This document shows, one piece after another, positions 1-9,972 of a stretch of 64,000 nt of DNA (position 1 is its first letter; every line of letters starts with the position of its first letter). The notes under the pieces were generated by a model. The model saw only the letters and a program-made list of their open reading frames with translations, ran no database searches and was not told where the DNA came from. This DNA is from a virus. Lineage: Duplodnaviria; Caudoviricetes. Location of the stretch: IMG/VR virus record IMGVR_UViG_3300021400_000136, positions 1 to 64,000 of that record. One strand, 5' to 3'. The position numbers were made by a program, and so were the translations under genes.

Positions 1-46
1 GGCATTAATCTTGCGCTGAAGTATGCGCAGCAAATTGACGAAAGAT
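1..46 (+). CDS. Major capsid protein, exon 1 (5'-partial; GINLALKYAQQIDER + T)
   Basis: Frame 1 reads GINLALKYAQQIDER, like the N-terminus of Firmicutes phage capsids (INYAxKYxxxVDERF). It is cut at T46, the group I 5' splice-site U. The start codon lies outside the window. Confidence 0.85.
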
Positions 47-1014
47 AAACAAACTGTCTGCTGTAGCAGTAATGCTACAGGCAAAATCGACCGAAAACGG
101 TAAAAGCTAAACTACTAAGGAGTATTAATGCCTAAAAAAACTTACACCGTTTATAAGCATTTGTTTCCAAATGGGAAAGTGTATATAGGGATTACTTGTC
201 AGCGGATATCATCGCGATGGGGCAGAAAAGGTCGCGGATATCGGACTCAGCCCTATATATGGCGCGCTATTCAGAAGTATGGCTGGGACAACATCGAGCA
301 CATAGTTATTGCCGAAGGTCTGTCCGAAGAAGACGCGTCGATAGCGGAGAAGAAACTTATTAAGCGCTATGACTCTAGAAATCCGGAGAAGGGCTATAAC
401 ATTGACTGCGGTGGGTCGACTATCAGCGGCGGATGGCATCAGCCGGATTCCGCGAAGGAACATCTTCGTGAGATACATTTAGGGGAAAATAACCACATGT
501 ACGGGAAACACTGGTCCGATGAGCAAAAAGAGCTTCGCAGGAAGGCTAGTAGCTTTAAGAGGTCCGAAGAGACGAAGGCTAAAATGTCCTTGGCGCAGAG
601 TCATCGATCAGAGGAGTATAAGAAGATTCTGTATGAAGCACAGCCGAGAACAGCAATTATTTGTCTAGACACCGGATTCGTTTACCGGGGCGTGTATGAA
701 GCTGGCAGGATCCTTAAAATTCAAGGCGCGAATATAAGTAAATGCTTACGGGGAGAAAGGAAAAAGGCTGGGGGCTTACGCTTTGCGTATGCTCCTTTAC
801 TTTTAGAAGCAAGCTAATACCGTGGTAAGTACAGGAACTAAAGAGCCTGTGCCACCGTAACGCGTACCGATTGAACCTCGAAAGAGAATAAATTATCGGC
901 ATGAGCGGTTGACACCCGAACCAAGTCTCCTTTCTTGGAGGGTGAAAATGTACGCTGAACTTATGGGAAACCATAAGAGCTATCGGATAAAAAGCCGATA
1001 GGGTAACAGAATTG
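47..1014 (+). mobile_element. Group I self-splicing intron (IA-like, with P7.1 extension) in the major capsid gene
   Basis: P1: AGAU(43-46)/GUCU(56-59) with U.G. P2: CTGTAGCA-GTAA-TGCTACAG (61-80). P3: TCGACC(87-92)/GGTTGA(907-912). P4: ACGGTA(97-102)/TACCGT(818-823). P7: GCGTAC(862-867)/GTACGC(950-955). P8: CACCC/GGGTG. P9: CTTATGG-GAAA-CCATAAG (960-977). Terminal G1014. Splicing restores the frame as ...DER-W-YTESQ... Confidence 0.92.
128..817 (+). CDS. Intron-encoded GIY-YIG homing endonuclease (NUMOD3 / NUMOD1-type DNA-binding modules)
   Basis: N-terminal VYKHLFPNGKVYIGIT..RW motif, GYN motif, NHMYGKHWSDEQK (NUMOD3-like) and C-terminal helix-turn-helix (NISKCLRGERKKAGG). AAGGAG RBS at 117-122. 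Confidence 0.9.
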   Translation: MPKKTYTVYKHLFPNGKVYIGITCQRISSRWGRKGRGYRTQPYIWRAIQKYGWDNIEHIVIAEGLSEEDASIAEKKLIKRYDSRNPEKGYNIDCGGSTISGGWHQPDSAKEHLREIHLGENNHMYGKHWSDEQKELRRKASSFKRSEETKAKMSLAQSHRSEEYKKILYEAQPRTAIICLDTGFVYRGVYEAGRILKIQGANISKCLRGERKKAGGLRFAYAPLLLEAS

Positions 1015-2111
1015 GGTATACCGAGTCCCAGGCTCAACTGGCGCTCGGAGCAAAGTTCGACATTACGGGCGTTAAAACAGTCCGTATTTATAGCATTCCT
1101 GTAGCTGTTATGCACGATTACACCAGAAGTGGTGTGAATCGTTATGGTACTCCTGAAGACCTTGCGCGTAACATCCAGGAAGAGAGCATGAAGATGGACC
1201 GTGGTTTCACCTTCATCATTGATGCTGGCGATAAAACACAAAGCCAGAACGTGTCCGACGCAGGTGCAGCCCTGGCACGCCAGATTAAGGAAGTTATCGT
1301 TCCTGAATTTGATACTTACTGCTTCAAGACCATGGCAGAAGCTGCAAAGAAAGCGGGCGGTTATGCAACTACTGCTATTACTAAGTCTAATGCTTATGAA
1401 GCTTTCCTGAATGCACAGGAGTATCTGGGCGACCATAATGTTCCCGCAGGTGGCAGAGTTTGCTTTGCAAGCTATCGCTACTGCAACCTGGTCATGCAGG
1501 ACCCGGCTTTCATGAAGACCGGTGATCGCAGCCAGGAAATGGTAACCAAGGGCGTCATCGGTGAAATCGACGGTGTTCAGATTTGCAAGGTCGCTTCCAA
1601 TAAGCTACCCGCGGGTTGTGCATTTATCCTTGCTAATAAGGAATGCGCGGCTGGTCCTGAGCAATTGCAGGAGTTCAAAATCCACGACAATCCTCCGGGA
1701 ATTTCCGGTTGGCTCGTGGAAGGCAGAACCATTTATGACTGCTTTGTTCTTAACGAAAAGCGTCATGGTATTTTCTATCATGGTGGCCAGACTGTGTTCA
1801 AGGTGATGGACGCTATGACCGCAGCTACCAACATTGGTAAGACCACTCTTATTGTTAACGGCCAGCTGAATGCTGCTGGTAACAAGTGGTACTACATGAC
1901 TGCTACTGATGCATCTGGTCTGACTGCCATTACCTATGGCACTGCCATTTCTACTGACGACTGGACCGAGATGAAGGATGCTTCCGACAATCCGGTTAAC
2001 TTCATGGAGATCACTCCGACCGCTGGTCACACTGTTGGCCGTATCGTCGAAGTCGATGCCGAGGACAAGCCGGTTGGTTTTGCAGATGTTATTCTGAACA
2101 TCGGCGAGTAA
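1015..2111 (+). CDS. Major capsid protein, exon 2 (HK97 fold, P22-coat/N4-gp56-like) with C-terminal extension
   Basis: The ORF is open upstream of ATG1110 back to 1015 (YTESQAQLALGAKFDITGVKTVRIYSIP-MHDYTRSGVNRYGTP). GVIGEIDGVQI and GWLVEGRTIYDCFVL are capsid-type motifs. Spliced length 46+1097=1143 nt stays in frame. Confidence 0.88.
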
Positions 2112-2120
2112 TCAAACTTA

Positions 2121-2160
2121 TAGCGGGAATGTCTTTAGCGGCATTCCCGCTAATCTTTTA
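2121..2160 (+). terminator. Intrinsic terminator after capsid gene
   Basis: TAGCGGGAATGTC (2121-2133) / GGCATTCCCGCTA (2140-2152) stem followed by ATCTTTT. Confidence 0.75.
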
Positions 2161-2179
2161 GAAGGAGAAGAATTGATAA

Positions 2180-2818
2180 ATGACTTACGGACAATTTAAA
2201 AATAGAGTACTCCAGCTGATCTTCTCCTACAGCATAGCCGGAGATGAGATTGAGTTATCATACAATAACCAGGAAGACTATGTAAAACAGATACCAGGTC
2301 TTCTTAGTTCTTGTCAATCTTACATTTATCAAATAAAGAAGATAGAAGATAGCATTCTTCTGAAGGACCTAGATTCCGAGGAACTGGAGAATGGCCTGAT
2401 GCTGTACCACTTACCGGATGACTGTCTGAAGATGAAACCTGGTCTTATTATTCCGCATACCCGTCGTGGCATGCCGGTGTTTGAAAGATATACAGGCTAC
2501 CGGCTGTATGGCGGAAATAAGATCCTGTGTAAGAAAGGTCTGCCGGAAGATACTATTTTAGAATATCAGAAGCGCGGGTTACCGTTACCGGAGAACCCGC
2601 CTGATTCTTACGTGCTGAGGAATCCGGACGAAGTAAATGATATCATGCCGTTCTACGTGGCGGCGTTTGTTGTCATGTACGATGATGCATTCCGGTACTC
2701 CGCACTTTACAACGAGTTCGAGACACGCCTCCAGAGGCTGATGCCGACTCCGACATATACCGAGGTGAACGATGTGTTTGACGTATATGGCGGGTTTGAT
2801 ACAGGGGTGTGGTGGTAA
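2180..2818 (+). CDS. Head-tail adaptor / tail tubular protein A-like
   Basis: 212 aa directly after the capsid gene, AAGGAG RBS, YxLPxDCLK motif typical of podovirus adaptors. Assignment rests mainly on synteny. Confidence 0.6.
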   Translation: MTYGQFKNRVLQLIFSYSIAGDEIELSYNNQEDYVKQIPGLLSSCQSYIYQIKKIEDSILLKDLDSEELENGLMLYHLPDDCLKMKPGLIIPHTRRGMPVFERYTGYRLYGGNKILCKKGLPEDTILEYQKRGLPLPENPPDSYVLRNPDEVNDIMPFYVAAFVVMYDDAFRYSALYNEFETRLQRLMPTPTYTEVNDVFDVYGGFDTGVWW

Positions 2819-5124
2819 TGGCGTATGTAAATCTTGGAAAGATGCCAAGTCATGCGCGGGAGTACGTTGTTGACTTTCCTCAGCTTGACGGCGGTCTAAA
2901 TTTACAGGAGCTTGACTACAGAATAAAAAACGATGAAACGCCGGAGATGAAGAACCTCTGGTGGAAAGACGGCCTACTGTGCTGCAGAGATGGCCAGGTG
3001 TGGATAAGTGAAGATCCGATTGGTGTTTATCATGCATCCTACAGTCGATTGTGGAATGGAAAGATGCTTCTCCATGCCGGGAATAAACTGTGCGCAGTTG
3101 ATCCGCTGGATGGTGCTGAGACTGTACTATTTACAGGCAATTCCAATTTCAATGTTGGTGGTACGTTCTTTCCCTATAACGAGAAGATGTACTACAAGAC
3201 CAAGGGGTACTATATCGAGGTTGTGTATGACGGCGGTACGGATACTTTTTCCGCTTCAGAGGTGGAGGGGTATATTCCGGTAACATACATCAGCTGTTCT
3301 TATACGAACGGGGCTGGGACGATATACCAGCCGGAGAACAGAATCAGTTCGAAGAAGACCCTTTGGTATAACTCGGCCTACACTTTAACGGTAACGCCTT
3401 CCGGTACGCTCACGGCCATAATAGAAGCAGCCGCGTTTCGTATGAAGATCAATACTCCGGGGACGTACACCTTTACATATAGCTCTGGCTGGAAGCTCAA
3501 TGGAGAGGCGGCAGATCCTCTGGACTATGGGATCTCTGTAAGTGGAACTCCAGCGAGTGGCAACACCCTTGTTGTTAAGTATGGCTTTGTTACTGAATAT
3601 TATCTGCCGGAAAAGAATCTTGACGTCACAAAAGTAGAGGTCGAGGGAGTAAACAAAGCTATCGAGTCGAAGACAGTAACTGTAAGCAAGTCAAGTATGA
3701 AGGTCACTATTGATGACTATGCTTGGAGGGCGAAGGTTACTACCTCCGGTACGTACATGTTTGTTTACGATGGGGAGGCAACACCCTCACCCGGTTGGCG
3801 TTTAAACGGAACGCTGATTACTGCTTCTGAGTACGGTTTGTCCGTTACGGCATCCCAACTCCTTACCGGTGACACGATCACTATTAAGTATACGAGAGGC
3901 GAGTGCTGGTACGATCCGGAGAACGGTATTGTAGGTTTCTACACAGCACCGAATGTTTATTATCCGGAGATCACGAACACAGTCCATATCACATACAGCA
4001 AAGAGAATGCTCTGGCTGAGAAGAACGTGATGGACTGCACTATTGCAGAAGTTTACGGCGGTACCGGGGCATTGTGTATAGTAATGGCCGGATCTGAGGA
4101 TCAGCCGAACGCGTACTTCTGGAATGGGCAGAACTCGATATCGATGGATCCGTCCTATTTCCCGATGATACAGTACCAGCTTGCGGGTGATGCAGTTGAT
4201 CCGATTACGGCGTTTGGCAAGCAGCAGGGTTTTCTTATCATCTTTAAGAAAGGCAGCATAGGCAGAACTTCTCTCGGAACGGAGACTGTAAACGAGAGAA
4301 TGACCATCGATCTTCCTTATGTGAATATCAACGCGAAGATTGGTTGTGATTTGCCTAAGTCGATCCAGCTGATAGAGAACAATCTCACATGGTGCAACAC
4401 TTCACAGGGAGTTCATTTCCTGGCGAATACATCATCCGCGTATGAAAACAACGTTGTTTGTATTTCTCAGAAGGTTAACACATCCAACAGTTCGTGGACG
4501 ATGGGATTACTAAACGATGTGCAGAGATGCGATCCGATACTTGTCACGTCTCATGATGACGAGTACCGCTACTGGCTTGTGGCTGACGGGCATGTGTGGC
4601 TTTGGGACTACAACGTAAGCAACTATAAGAATCCGGCGTGGTTCTATTTTGAAAATGTTAAGGCCAGAGGTATTGTCCAGGAGGAGAATAACGTCTGGCA
4701 TTTTGATACTCTGAGCAGGCTAACTAAATTCGGAAGTACCTATTCTGACTATGACGGTGCGATAGACAAGGTGTACAGATTCACCACTCAGTACTTTGGC
4801 ACGTATGACAGAAAGAAGAATGTTAACTCGGTAATTATCAATTTGAGGTCTTCAACGGACTCTGTTGTGAAGGTCCGGTATTTGACTGACTACGAGGAAA
4901 GAGACGATCTTACCGATCTGAGGTCTCTATCCTGGTCGCTTGTACCGAGAGATCTGTCGTTCAGAAATCTGGAAGGAACCGGATTCTCAAAGACATTCAG
5001 ACGAAAGCCACATTGCAGAAGGGTACAGTATTTCACAATGCGTCTTGAGAACAACACACCTCGTATGGACCTGGCTGTTGTCTCGGCGCAAATTTATTAT
5101 ATTTATCAAGGGGGTCAGAGATAA
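2809..5124 (+). CDS. Tail nozzle / tail tubular protein B-like (P22 gp10-like beta-propeller) with inserted repeat domains
   Basis: 771 aa, beta-rich; GGLN..E motif at the N-terminus; AITAFGKQ..LIIFK blade motifs; C-terminal YFTMRLENN..DLAVVS. Follows the adaptor. Confidence 0.65.
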   Translation: MVVMAYVNLGKMPSHAREYVVDFPQLDGGLNLQELDYRIKNDETPEMKNLWWKDGLLCCRDGQVWISEDPIGVYHASYSRLWNGKMLLHAGNKLCAVDPLDGAETVLFTGNSNFNVGGTFFPYNEKMYYKTKGYYIEVVYDGGTDTFSASEVEGYIPVTYISCSYTNGAGTIYQPENRISSKKTLWYNSAYTLTVTPSGTLTAIIEAAAFRMKINTPGTYTFTYSSGWKLNGEAADPLDYGISVSGTPASGNTLVVKYGFVTEYYLPEKNLDVTKVEVEGVNKAIESKTVTVSKSSMKVTIDDYAWRAKVTTSGTYMFVYDGEATPSPGWRLNGTLITASEYGLSVTASQLLTGDTITIKYTRGECWYDPENGIVGFYTAPNVYYPEITNTVHITYSKENALAEKNVMDCTIAEVYGGTGALCIVMAGSEDQPNAYFWNGQNSISMDPSYFPMIQYQLAGDAVDPITAFGKQQGFLIIFKKGSIGRTSLGTETVNERMTIDLPYVNINAKIGCDLPKSIQLIENNLTWCNTSQGVHFLANTSSAYENNVVCISQKVNTSNSSWTMGLLNDVQRCDPILVTSHDDEYRYWLVADGHVWLWDYNVSNYKNPAWFYFENVKARGIVQEENNVWHFDTLSRLTKFGSTYSDYDGAIDKVYRFTTQYFGTYDRKKNVNSVIINLRSSTDSVVKVRYLTDYEERDDLTDLRSLSWSLVPRDLSFRNLEGTGFSKTFRRKPHCRRVQYFTMRLENNTPRMDLAVVSAQIYYIYQGGQR

Positions 5125-6791
5125 TGGCAGCAACGCTAATGACTTTTGATAAGAGCTGGACTAATATTGCTGACTTTCCTACTCACGAGTCGCAGGAAGC
5201 AAAAGTCCGTGCTGATATGCAGTATCTGTTTGACAGTATCAGAGACCAGTATAACAACTTCCTGACTAACGAACTGAACGCGGATAACATTCCGTATGCA
5301 GCAAGTGGTGGTCTGCAGGTGGACAACGTACAGCAGGCTATTGATGCGATCCAGGCAGAAATAGATGATATCTCCCAGGGATCTGTTGCTGACGGTTCTA
5401 TTACGACCATTAAGCTTGATCAGACAGCAGGGAGTCAGGCAGTAACGGCATCCACTATTCGTGACGGCGCTATTATAAATGCAAAGATAGCAAATGCAGC
5501 TATTACTACCGCAAAGCTTGCAGATGGTATTGTCACAGATGCCAAGCTTGCGAGCGGCAGTGTTACAGCGGCAAAGTTGGCGAAGTTATCGGTTGGTACG
5601 GATGCGCTTATTGACGCGGCAGTTACATCCGCGAAGATCAAAGACGGCAACGTAACAGCGGACAAGCTGTCGAGCAATTCTGTCTCTAATGTCAAGATCG
5701 TCGATGGAGCAGTCACGGCTGCTAAGATCGGGTCCTCTGCTGTCACCGAGGCAAAGATCGGGTCGAGTGCGGTAACAACGGCCAAGATCAAGGATGCTAA
5801 TGTTACGTCCGCAAAGATCGCGGACGGCTCTATTACAACGGCAAAGCTGGATCAGACGAGTGGAGCGCAGGCAGTTACGACAGCAACGATCAGAGATGCG
5901 AACGTGACCGCAGCGAAACTTGCATCTTCCGCTGTTACTGAGGCAAAGATAGGATCGAACGCTGTTACGACAGCAAAGATCAAGGACGCGAATGTTACGA
6001 CTGCGAAAATAGCTGATGGCTCTATTACTACGGCAAAGCTGGATACGACCACAGATGCTCAGGCGGTTACGACAGCTACTATAAGAAACTTAGCTATTAC
6101 GGCTGACAAGATTGCTTCTTCTGCTGTTACTGAGGCAAAGATCGCGTCGAACGCGGTTACAACAGCGAAGATCAAGGACGCTAATGTTACTGCGGCAAAG
6201 ATTGCAAGTGGGGCAATCACTACGGCTAAACTCGATCAGACAGATAAAGCTCAGGCAGTAACTACTGCCACGATCAGGGATGCGAATGTGACTGCGGCAA
6301 AGTTGGCATCTAACTCGGTGACTACAGAGAAGATCGCCGATGCGAACGTAACGAATGCGAAGATTGCTGACGGCGCTATTACTGCAGGGAAGTTGGGCGC
6401 AAGTGCTGTTGAGACGGCTAAGATTAAGGATGCTAATGTCACAGCGGCTAAACTCGCATCATCTGCTGTTACCGAGGCAAAGATTGCATCGAGTGCTGTA
6501 ACTACGGCGAAGATAGCGGATAGTGCAGTAACGTATGCAAAGACGAGTGGTGTACAGCAGGAGCACACGGCAACGACAGCATCCCTGACGGCAAATGCAA
6601 AATCCTGGACGGTGTCGGTGTCCGGCGTAACAGCATCGAACTCGGTGGTCTGTACTCCTTCTCCGGCGTCCTATGCACAGTGGGTTGATAATCGAGTGAG
6701 ATGCACAGCTCAGGCAGCAGGTAAGCTTACATTCACTGCTGATACAAATATCACGGCTGCGATCACTGTAAATGTTCTCATCCTGAACTAA
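5124..6791 (+). CDS. Tail fibre-like protein with AVTxAKIxD repeats
   Basis: 555 aa, dozens of 10-aa-periodic AVT(T/E/A)AKI repeats, and a C-terminal ~75-aa beta domain. Confidence 0.7.
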   Translation: MAATLMTFDKSWTNIADFPTHESQEAKVRADMQYLFDSIRDQYNNFLTNELNADNIPYAASGGLQVDNVQQAIDAIQAEIDDISQGSVADGSITTIKLDQTAGSQAVTASTIRDGAIINAKIANAAITTAKLADGIVTDAKLASGSVTAAKLAKLSVGTDALIDAAVTSAKIKDGNVTADKLSSNSVSNVKIVDGAVTAAKIGSSAVTEAKIGSSAVTTAKIKDANVTSAKIADGSITTAKLDQTSGAQAVTTATIRDANVTAAKLASSAVTEAKIGSNAVTTAKIKDANVTTAKIADGSITTAKLDTTTDAQAVTTATIRNLAITADKIASSAVTEAKIASNAVTTAKIKDANVTAAKIASGAITTAKLDQTDKAQAVTTATIRDANVTAAKLASNSVTTEKIADANVTNAKIADGAITAGKLGASAVETAKIKDANVTAAKLASSAVTEAKIASSAVTTAKIADSAVTYAKTSGVQQEHTATTASLTANAKSWTVSVSGVTASNSVVCTPSPASYAQWVDNRVRCTAQAAGKLTFTADTNITAAITVNVLILN

Positions 6792-6802
6792 GGAGGGGAA
6801 GT

Positions 6803-9622
6803 ATGGCACAGTTTCGATTTGCTGTATTTAAAGAACGACTTGAGCTACTGACTCCGACGAGGGGTATATCCGATAACTATAATACGTATTCTGCAACATT
6901 TGACTTCCGTTCACCAGACTGGGACAGCACTTCCAAATGGGTGCACTTTACGAATTATGATTATGACGGCGGTGTTCAGTATGACTTCAATCTTATAAAC
7001 GACAGTATCCCGGAGTCGGATGGACTGAATCTCTATCCCGGCATTTGGGATATTTATTTACATGGTGAGGTACTCGAGGAAGAAGAGGTTGTAAAGAGGA
7101 TTGTAACGAATCCCGTATCTATATACGTGGAGCAGTCCGAGAACTTCGACGGAGACTACCTCCCGCCGATTGGCCCTTCTGTCGCGGAGCAGATAGATGC
7201 GAAAGCAACAGCAGCATGGAACGCGAAGATCATCGGGGCAACTGCTGAGATCGATGAGCATGTCGGCGATCCTTCAGTAGATGTAGAGATAACAGAGGCC
7301 GACGGGAATAAGAAGATAAACTTTTCTTTCCATAATTTAAAAGGTCAAGACGGCGTTGCAGGCGCACAGGGGCCGAAGGGAGAGAAAGGTGAAAAAGGCG
7401 ATACCGGTGAGAGAGGCGAACAGGGTCCACAGGGTCTTCAAGGAGATCCTGGCTTACCGGGTGCTGCATTCGCCTACGATGACTTTACGGAAGAGCAGCT
7501 GGAAGCATTGACCGGTCCCCCCGGTCCTCAGGGCGAAAAAGGCGATACCGGTCCTCAGGGACCGAGAGGTTATGCCTTTACTTACGAGGACTTTACGACA
7601 GAGCAATTGGAAGCGCTGACTGGTCCGCAAGGCCCGAAGGGTGATGCGTTCGAGTACAGTGATTTCACTCCTGCTCAACTGGAAGCTTTGCGCGGTCCGC
7701 AGGGTATTCAAGGCGCGACCGGCCCAACTGGCCCTCAAGGCGAACAAGGCCCAAAAGGTGATGCGTTTGAGTATAGCGACTTTACTCCCGCGCAATTAGA
7801 AGCTTTGCGTGGTCCACAGGGTATCCAAGGTCCACAGGGCGACCAAGGCGTCCAGGGAGTAAGTATTACCTCGGTGACAAAAACGTCAGGTACTGGGGGG
7901 CCCGGTTCTACGGATGTCTATACGGTGAATAAGTCCGATGGAACTTCCGCCGGAACTTTTAATGTATATAATGGAAGAGACAGCACGAGTCTTCCTAGTA
8001 CGAACCCACCGCTTATGGACGGCACGGCGTCTGCAGGTACTTCAGATAATTATTCAAGAGAAGATCATGTGCACCCAAGCGATGATACAAAGGTGGACAA
8101 GGTAAGCGGTAAGGGCCTGTCAACAGAGGACTATACAACCGAAGAGAAGACCAAGCTGGCCGGAATTGCTACTGGTGCTCAGGTGAACCAGAATGCATTC
8201 AGTAACGTAGCCGTAGGAAGTACGACCATCGCAGCGGATAGTAAAACCGACACCCTGACGTTGGTTGCCGGTAGCAATGTTACGCTCACTCCTGACGCTA
8301 CTAATGACAAGATTACAATAGCGGCAAAAAACACGACGTATACAGCAGCATCGGCCGCGCCTCTGGACCATAGCGGGTCCGGAGAGGTTGGTACTTCAGC
8401 AAAGTATGCGAGGGAGGACCACAAGCATCCGATAACGAGTGACGCAGCGAATGCCTATCTTAATGCTCTTTCCACCGGTACTTCAACACCGCAGGCTAAT
8501 GACTATTATATCGCCCAATATGCTGGTGGTGGTACTACAACAACGACGTACCATAGGCGGCCTGTTTCTGCGCTTGCTACTTATGTCAAGTCAACCATTC
8601 CGACAGCAACAACTTCCGATGCCGGTTATATGGCCGCAGCAGACAAAACCGCGCTGAACAACACGGTAAGACTCACCGGCAATCAGACAGTGGCGGGAGT
8701 AAAGACACTTACATCAGCACCAGTAGTCGATATCTCTGGTACAAAACTTACTGCTGATACAGCATACAACATCCTTTCCTTTAAATACCAGAACCCGCAT
8801 GCTCAGGTGAAGACGGTAAATGTCATTCGTACATATGGCGACTCAGAAACAACCGCGAATAACGGTATTGCTATCGTCGGGTCCAACTCCGGTACCACGG
8901 TAATCAGTGCTGGAGAGTCGGCTCCAACAGTAGTGAAGAATAAATCACTGAGCAATACAGAGAACATATATCTAATTGCTGATGACACCATCGGTTTTAT
9001 GACTAACGCTGGTACCGCTGCGAATGTTGTTACGGCATTAAGTCTTGCAGCGGATGGTACACCCTCCTTTGCGAAGCCGGTTCCTATAGGTAGCGGCGGT
9101 ACAGGTCTTACAGCTTCTCCGTCAATGCTTACGAACCTAGGTAGCACGACTGCTGCTAATGTACTTGCGGCGTCCCCACGCCCCGGCATTACCGGCACAC
9201 TGGCTATTGGTCATGGTGGTACAGGTCTCACAGCTTCTCCGTCCATGCTTACGAATCTGGGCAGCACGACTGCTGCTAATGTACTTGCGGAATCCCCACG
9301 CCCCGGCATTACTGGCACACTAGCTATTGCTCATGGCGGTACTGGGAAGACTACAGCAGCTACTGCGTTGGAGGCCTTAGGCGGACAGGCAAAGCACAAA
9401 ACCGCAACCGCAACTCTCGCTAAGAGCACGAAGTCATGGGCAATAAGCGTCACGGGAGTTACTGCGAGTAATACGGTCATCTGTACACCAGATCCTGCGT
9501 CCTATGCGCAGTGGGTTGATAACAGGGTTAGATGCTCAAAACAAGAAGCTGGTAAGCTTACGTTCACTGCCGATACGAACACTTCTGCGGCAATAACTGT
9601 CAATATATTAATTCTCGATTAA
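6803..9622 (+). CDS. Tail fibre protein (collagen-like GxY repeats, mosaic distal region)
   Basis: 939 aa; GPQGxxG repeats interleaved with AFxYxDFTxxQLEAL; 40-aa tandem repeat; C-terminal domain shared with 5124..6791. Confidence 0.75.
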   Translation: MAQFRFAVFKERLELLTPTRGISDNYNTYSATFDFRSPDWDSTSKWVHFTNYDYDGGVQYDFNLINDSIPESDGLNLYPGIWDIYLHGEVLEEEEVVKRIVTNPVSIYVEQSENFDGDYLPPIGPSVAEQIDAKATAAWNAKIIGATAEIDEHVGDPSVDVEITEADGNKKINFSFHNLKGQDGVAGAQGPKGEKGEKGDTGERGEQGPQGLQGDPGLPGAAFAYDDFTEEQLEALTGPPGPQGEKGDTGPQGPRGYAFTYEDFTTEQLEALTGPQGPKGDAFEYSDFTPAQLEALRGPQGIQGATGPTGPQGEQGPKGDAFEYSDFTPAQLEALRGPQGIQGPQGDQGVQGVSITSVTKTSGTGGPGSTDVYTVNKSDGTSAGTFNVYNGRDSTSLPSTNPPLMDGTASAGTSDNYSREDHVHPSDDTKVDKVSGKGLSTEDYTTEEKTKLAGIATGAQVNQNAFSNVAVGSTTIAADSKTDTLTLVAGSNVTLTPDATNDKITIAAKNTTYTAASAAPLDHSGSGEVGTSAKYAREDHKHPITSDAANAYLNALSTGTSTPQANDYYIAQYAGGGTTTTTYHRRPVSALATYVKSTIPTATTSDAGYMAAADKTALNNTVRLTGNQTVAGVKTLTSAPVVDISGTKLTADTAYNILSFKYQNPHAQVKTVNVIRTYGDSETTANNGIAIVGSNSGTTVISAGESAPTVVKNKSLSNTENIYLIADDTIGFMTNAGTAANVVTALSLAADGTPSFAKPVPIGSGGTGLTASPSMLTNLGSTTAANVLAASPRPGITGTLAIGHGGTGLTASPSMLTNLGSTTAANVLAESPRPGITGTLAIAHGGTGKTTAATALEALGGQAKHKTATATLAKSTKSWAISVTGVTASNTVICTPDPASYAQWVDNRVRCSKQEAGKLTFTADTNTSAAITVNILILD
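9091..9345 (+). repeat. In-frame 120-nt tandem repeat (about 2 copies) in tail fibre gene
   Basis: GGTGLTASPSMLTNLGSTTAANVLAxSPRPGITGTLAI occurs twice with near-identical DNA. Confidence 0.85.
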
Positions 9623-9637
9623 TGGAGGAAAAAGAAA

Positions 9638-9910
9638 ATGGAAAAATATTTTCTCGTACAGATCAAGCACACTAACGGCACCTGGGAGAAGGGTGTAGTA
9701 GTAAAGGACACACTCGATGAAGTGCGTCAGGCATATCACGCATATCTTGGAGCATACGGTTATGGCAAGGACAATAACACAGACTATGTAGCTTGTCATA
9801 TTCTGGATCTGGTTGGTACAACTTTTGACATGACAGTGGATGACAGACTTCCTGATCCTGAGCCTGATCCTGAGCCTGAACCCGAACTGGAGGAAGAAGA
9901 GAATGCTTGA
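9638..9910 (+). CDS. Hypothetical tail-associated protein
   Basis: GGAGG RBS; 90 aa with acidic DPEP-repeat tail; lies in the structural operon. Confidence 0.7.
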   Translation: MEKYFLVQIKHTNGTWEKGVVVKDTLDEVRQAYHAYLGAYGYGKDNNTDYVACHILDLVGTTFDMTVDDRLPDPEPDPEPEPELEEEENA

Positions 9911-9972
9911 TAGAGATGAACTGGAGCAGATCATCACAGCACAGATCGACAATAAATGGAAGTGAGTAGGGC

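Noticed and set aside
46-48. TAA after the capsid N-terminus as stop-codon recoding
   Set aside because: Explained by the intron. TAA, TAG and TGA all end genes normally elsewhere in the window.
1110-2111. ATG1110 as the start of the capsid protein
   Set aside because: No RBS, the frame is open to the intron 3' splice site, and the true N-terminus is exon 1.
5400-6540. Repeat arrays here, at 14221-14500 and at 19966-20285 as CRISPR arrays
   Set aside because: Periods are multiples of 3 inside ORFs, there are no unique spacers, and no cas operon is present. The DUF2800 protein is a replication-module nuclease.
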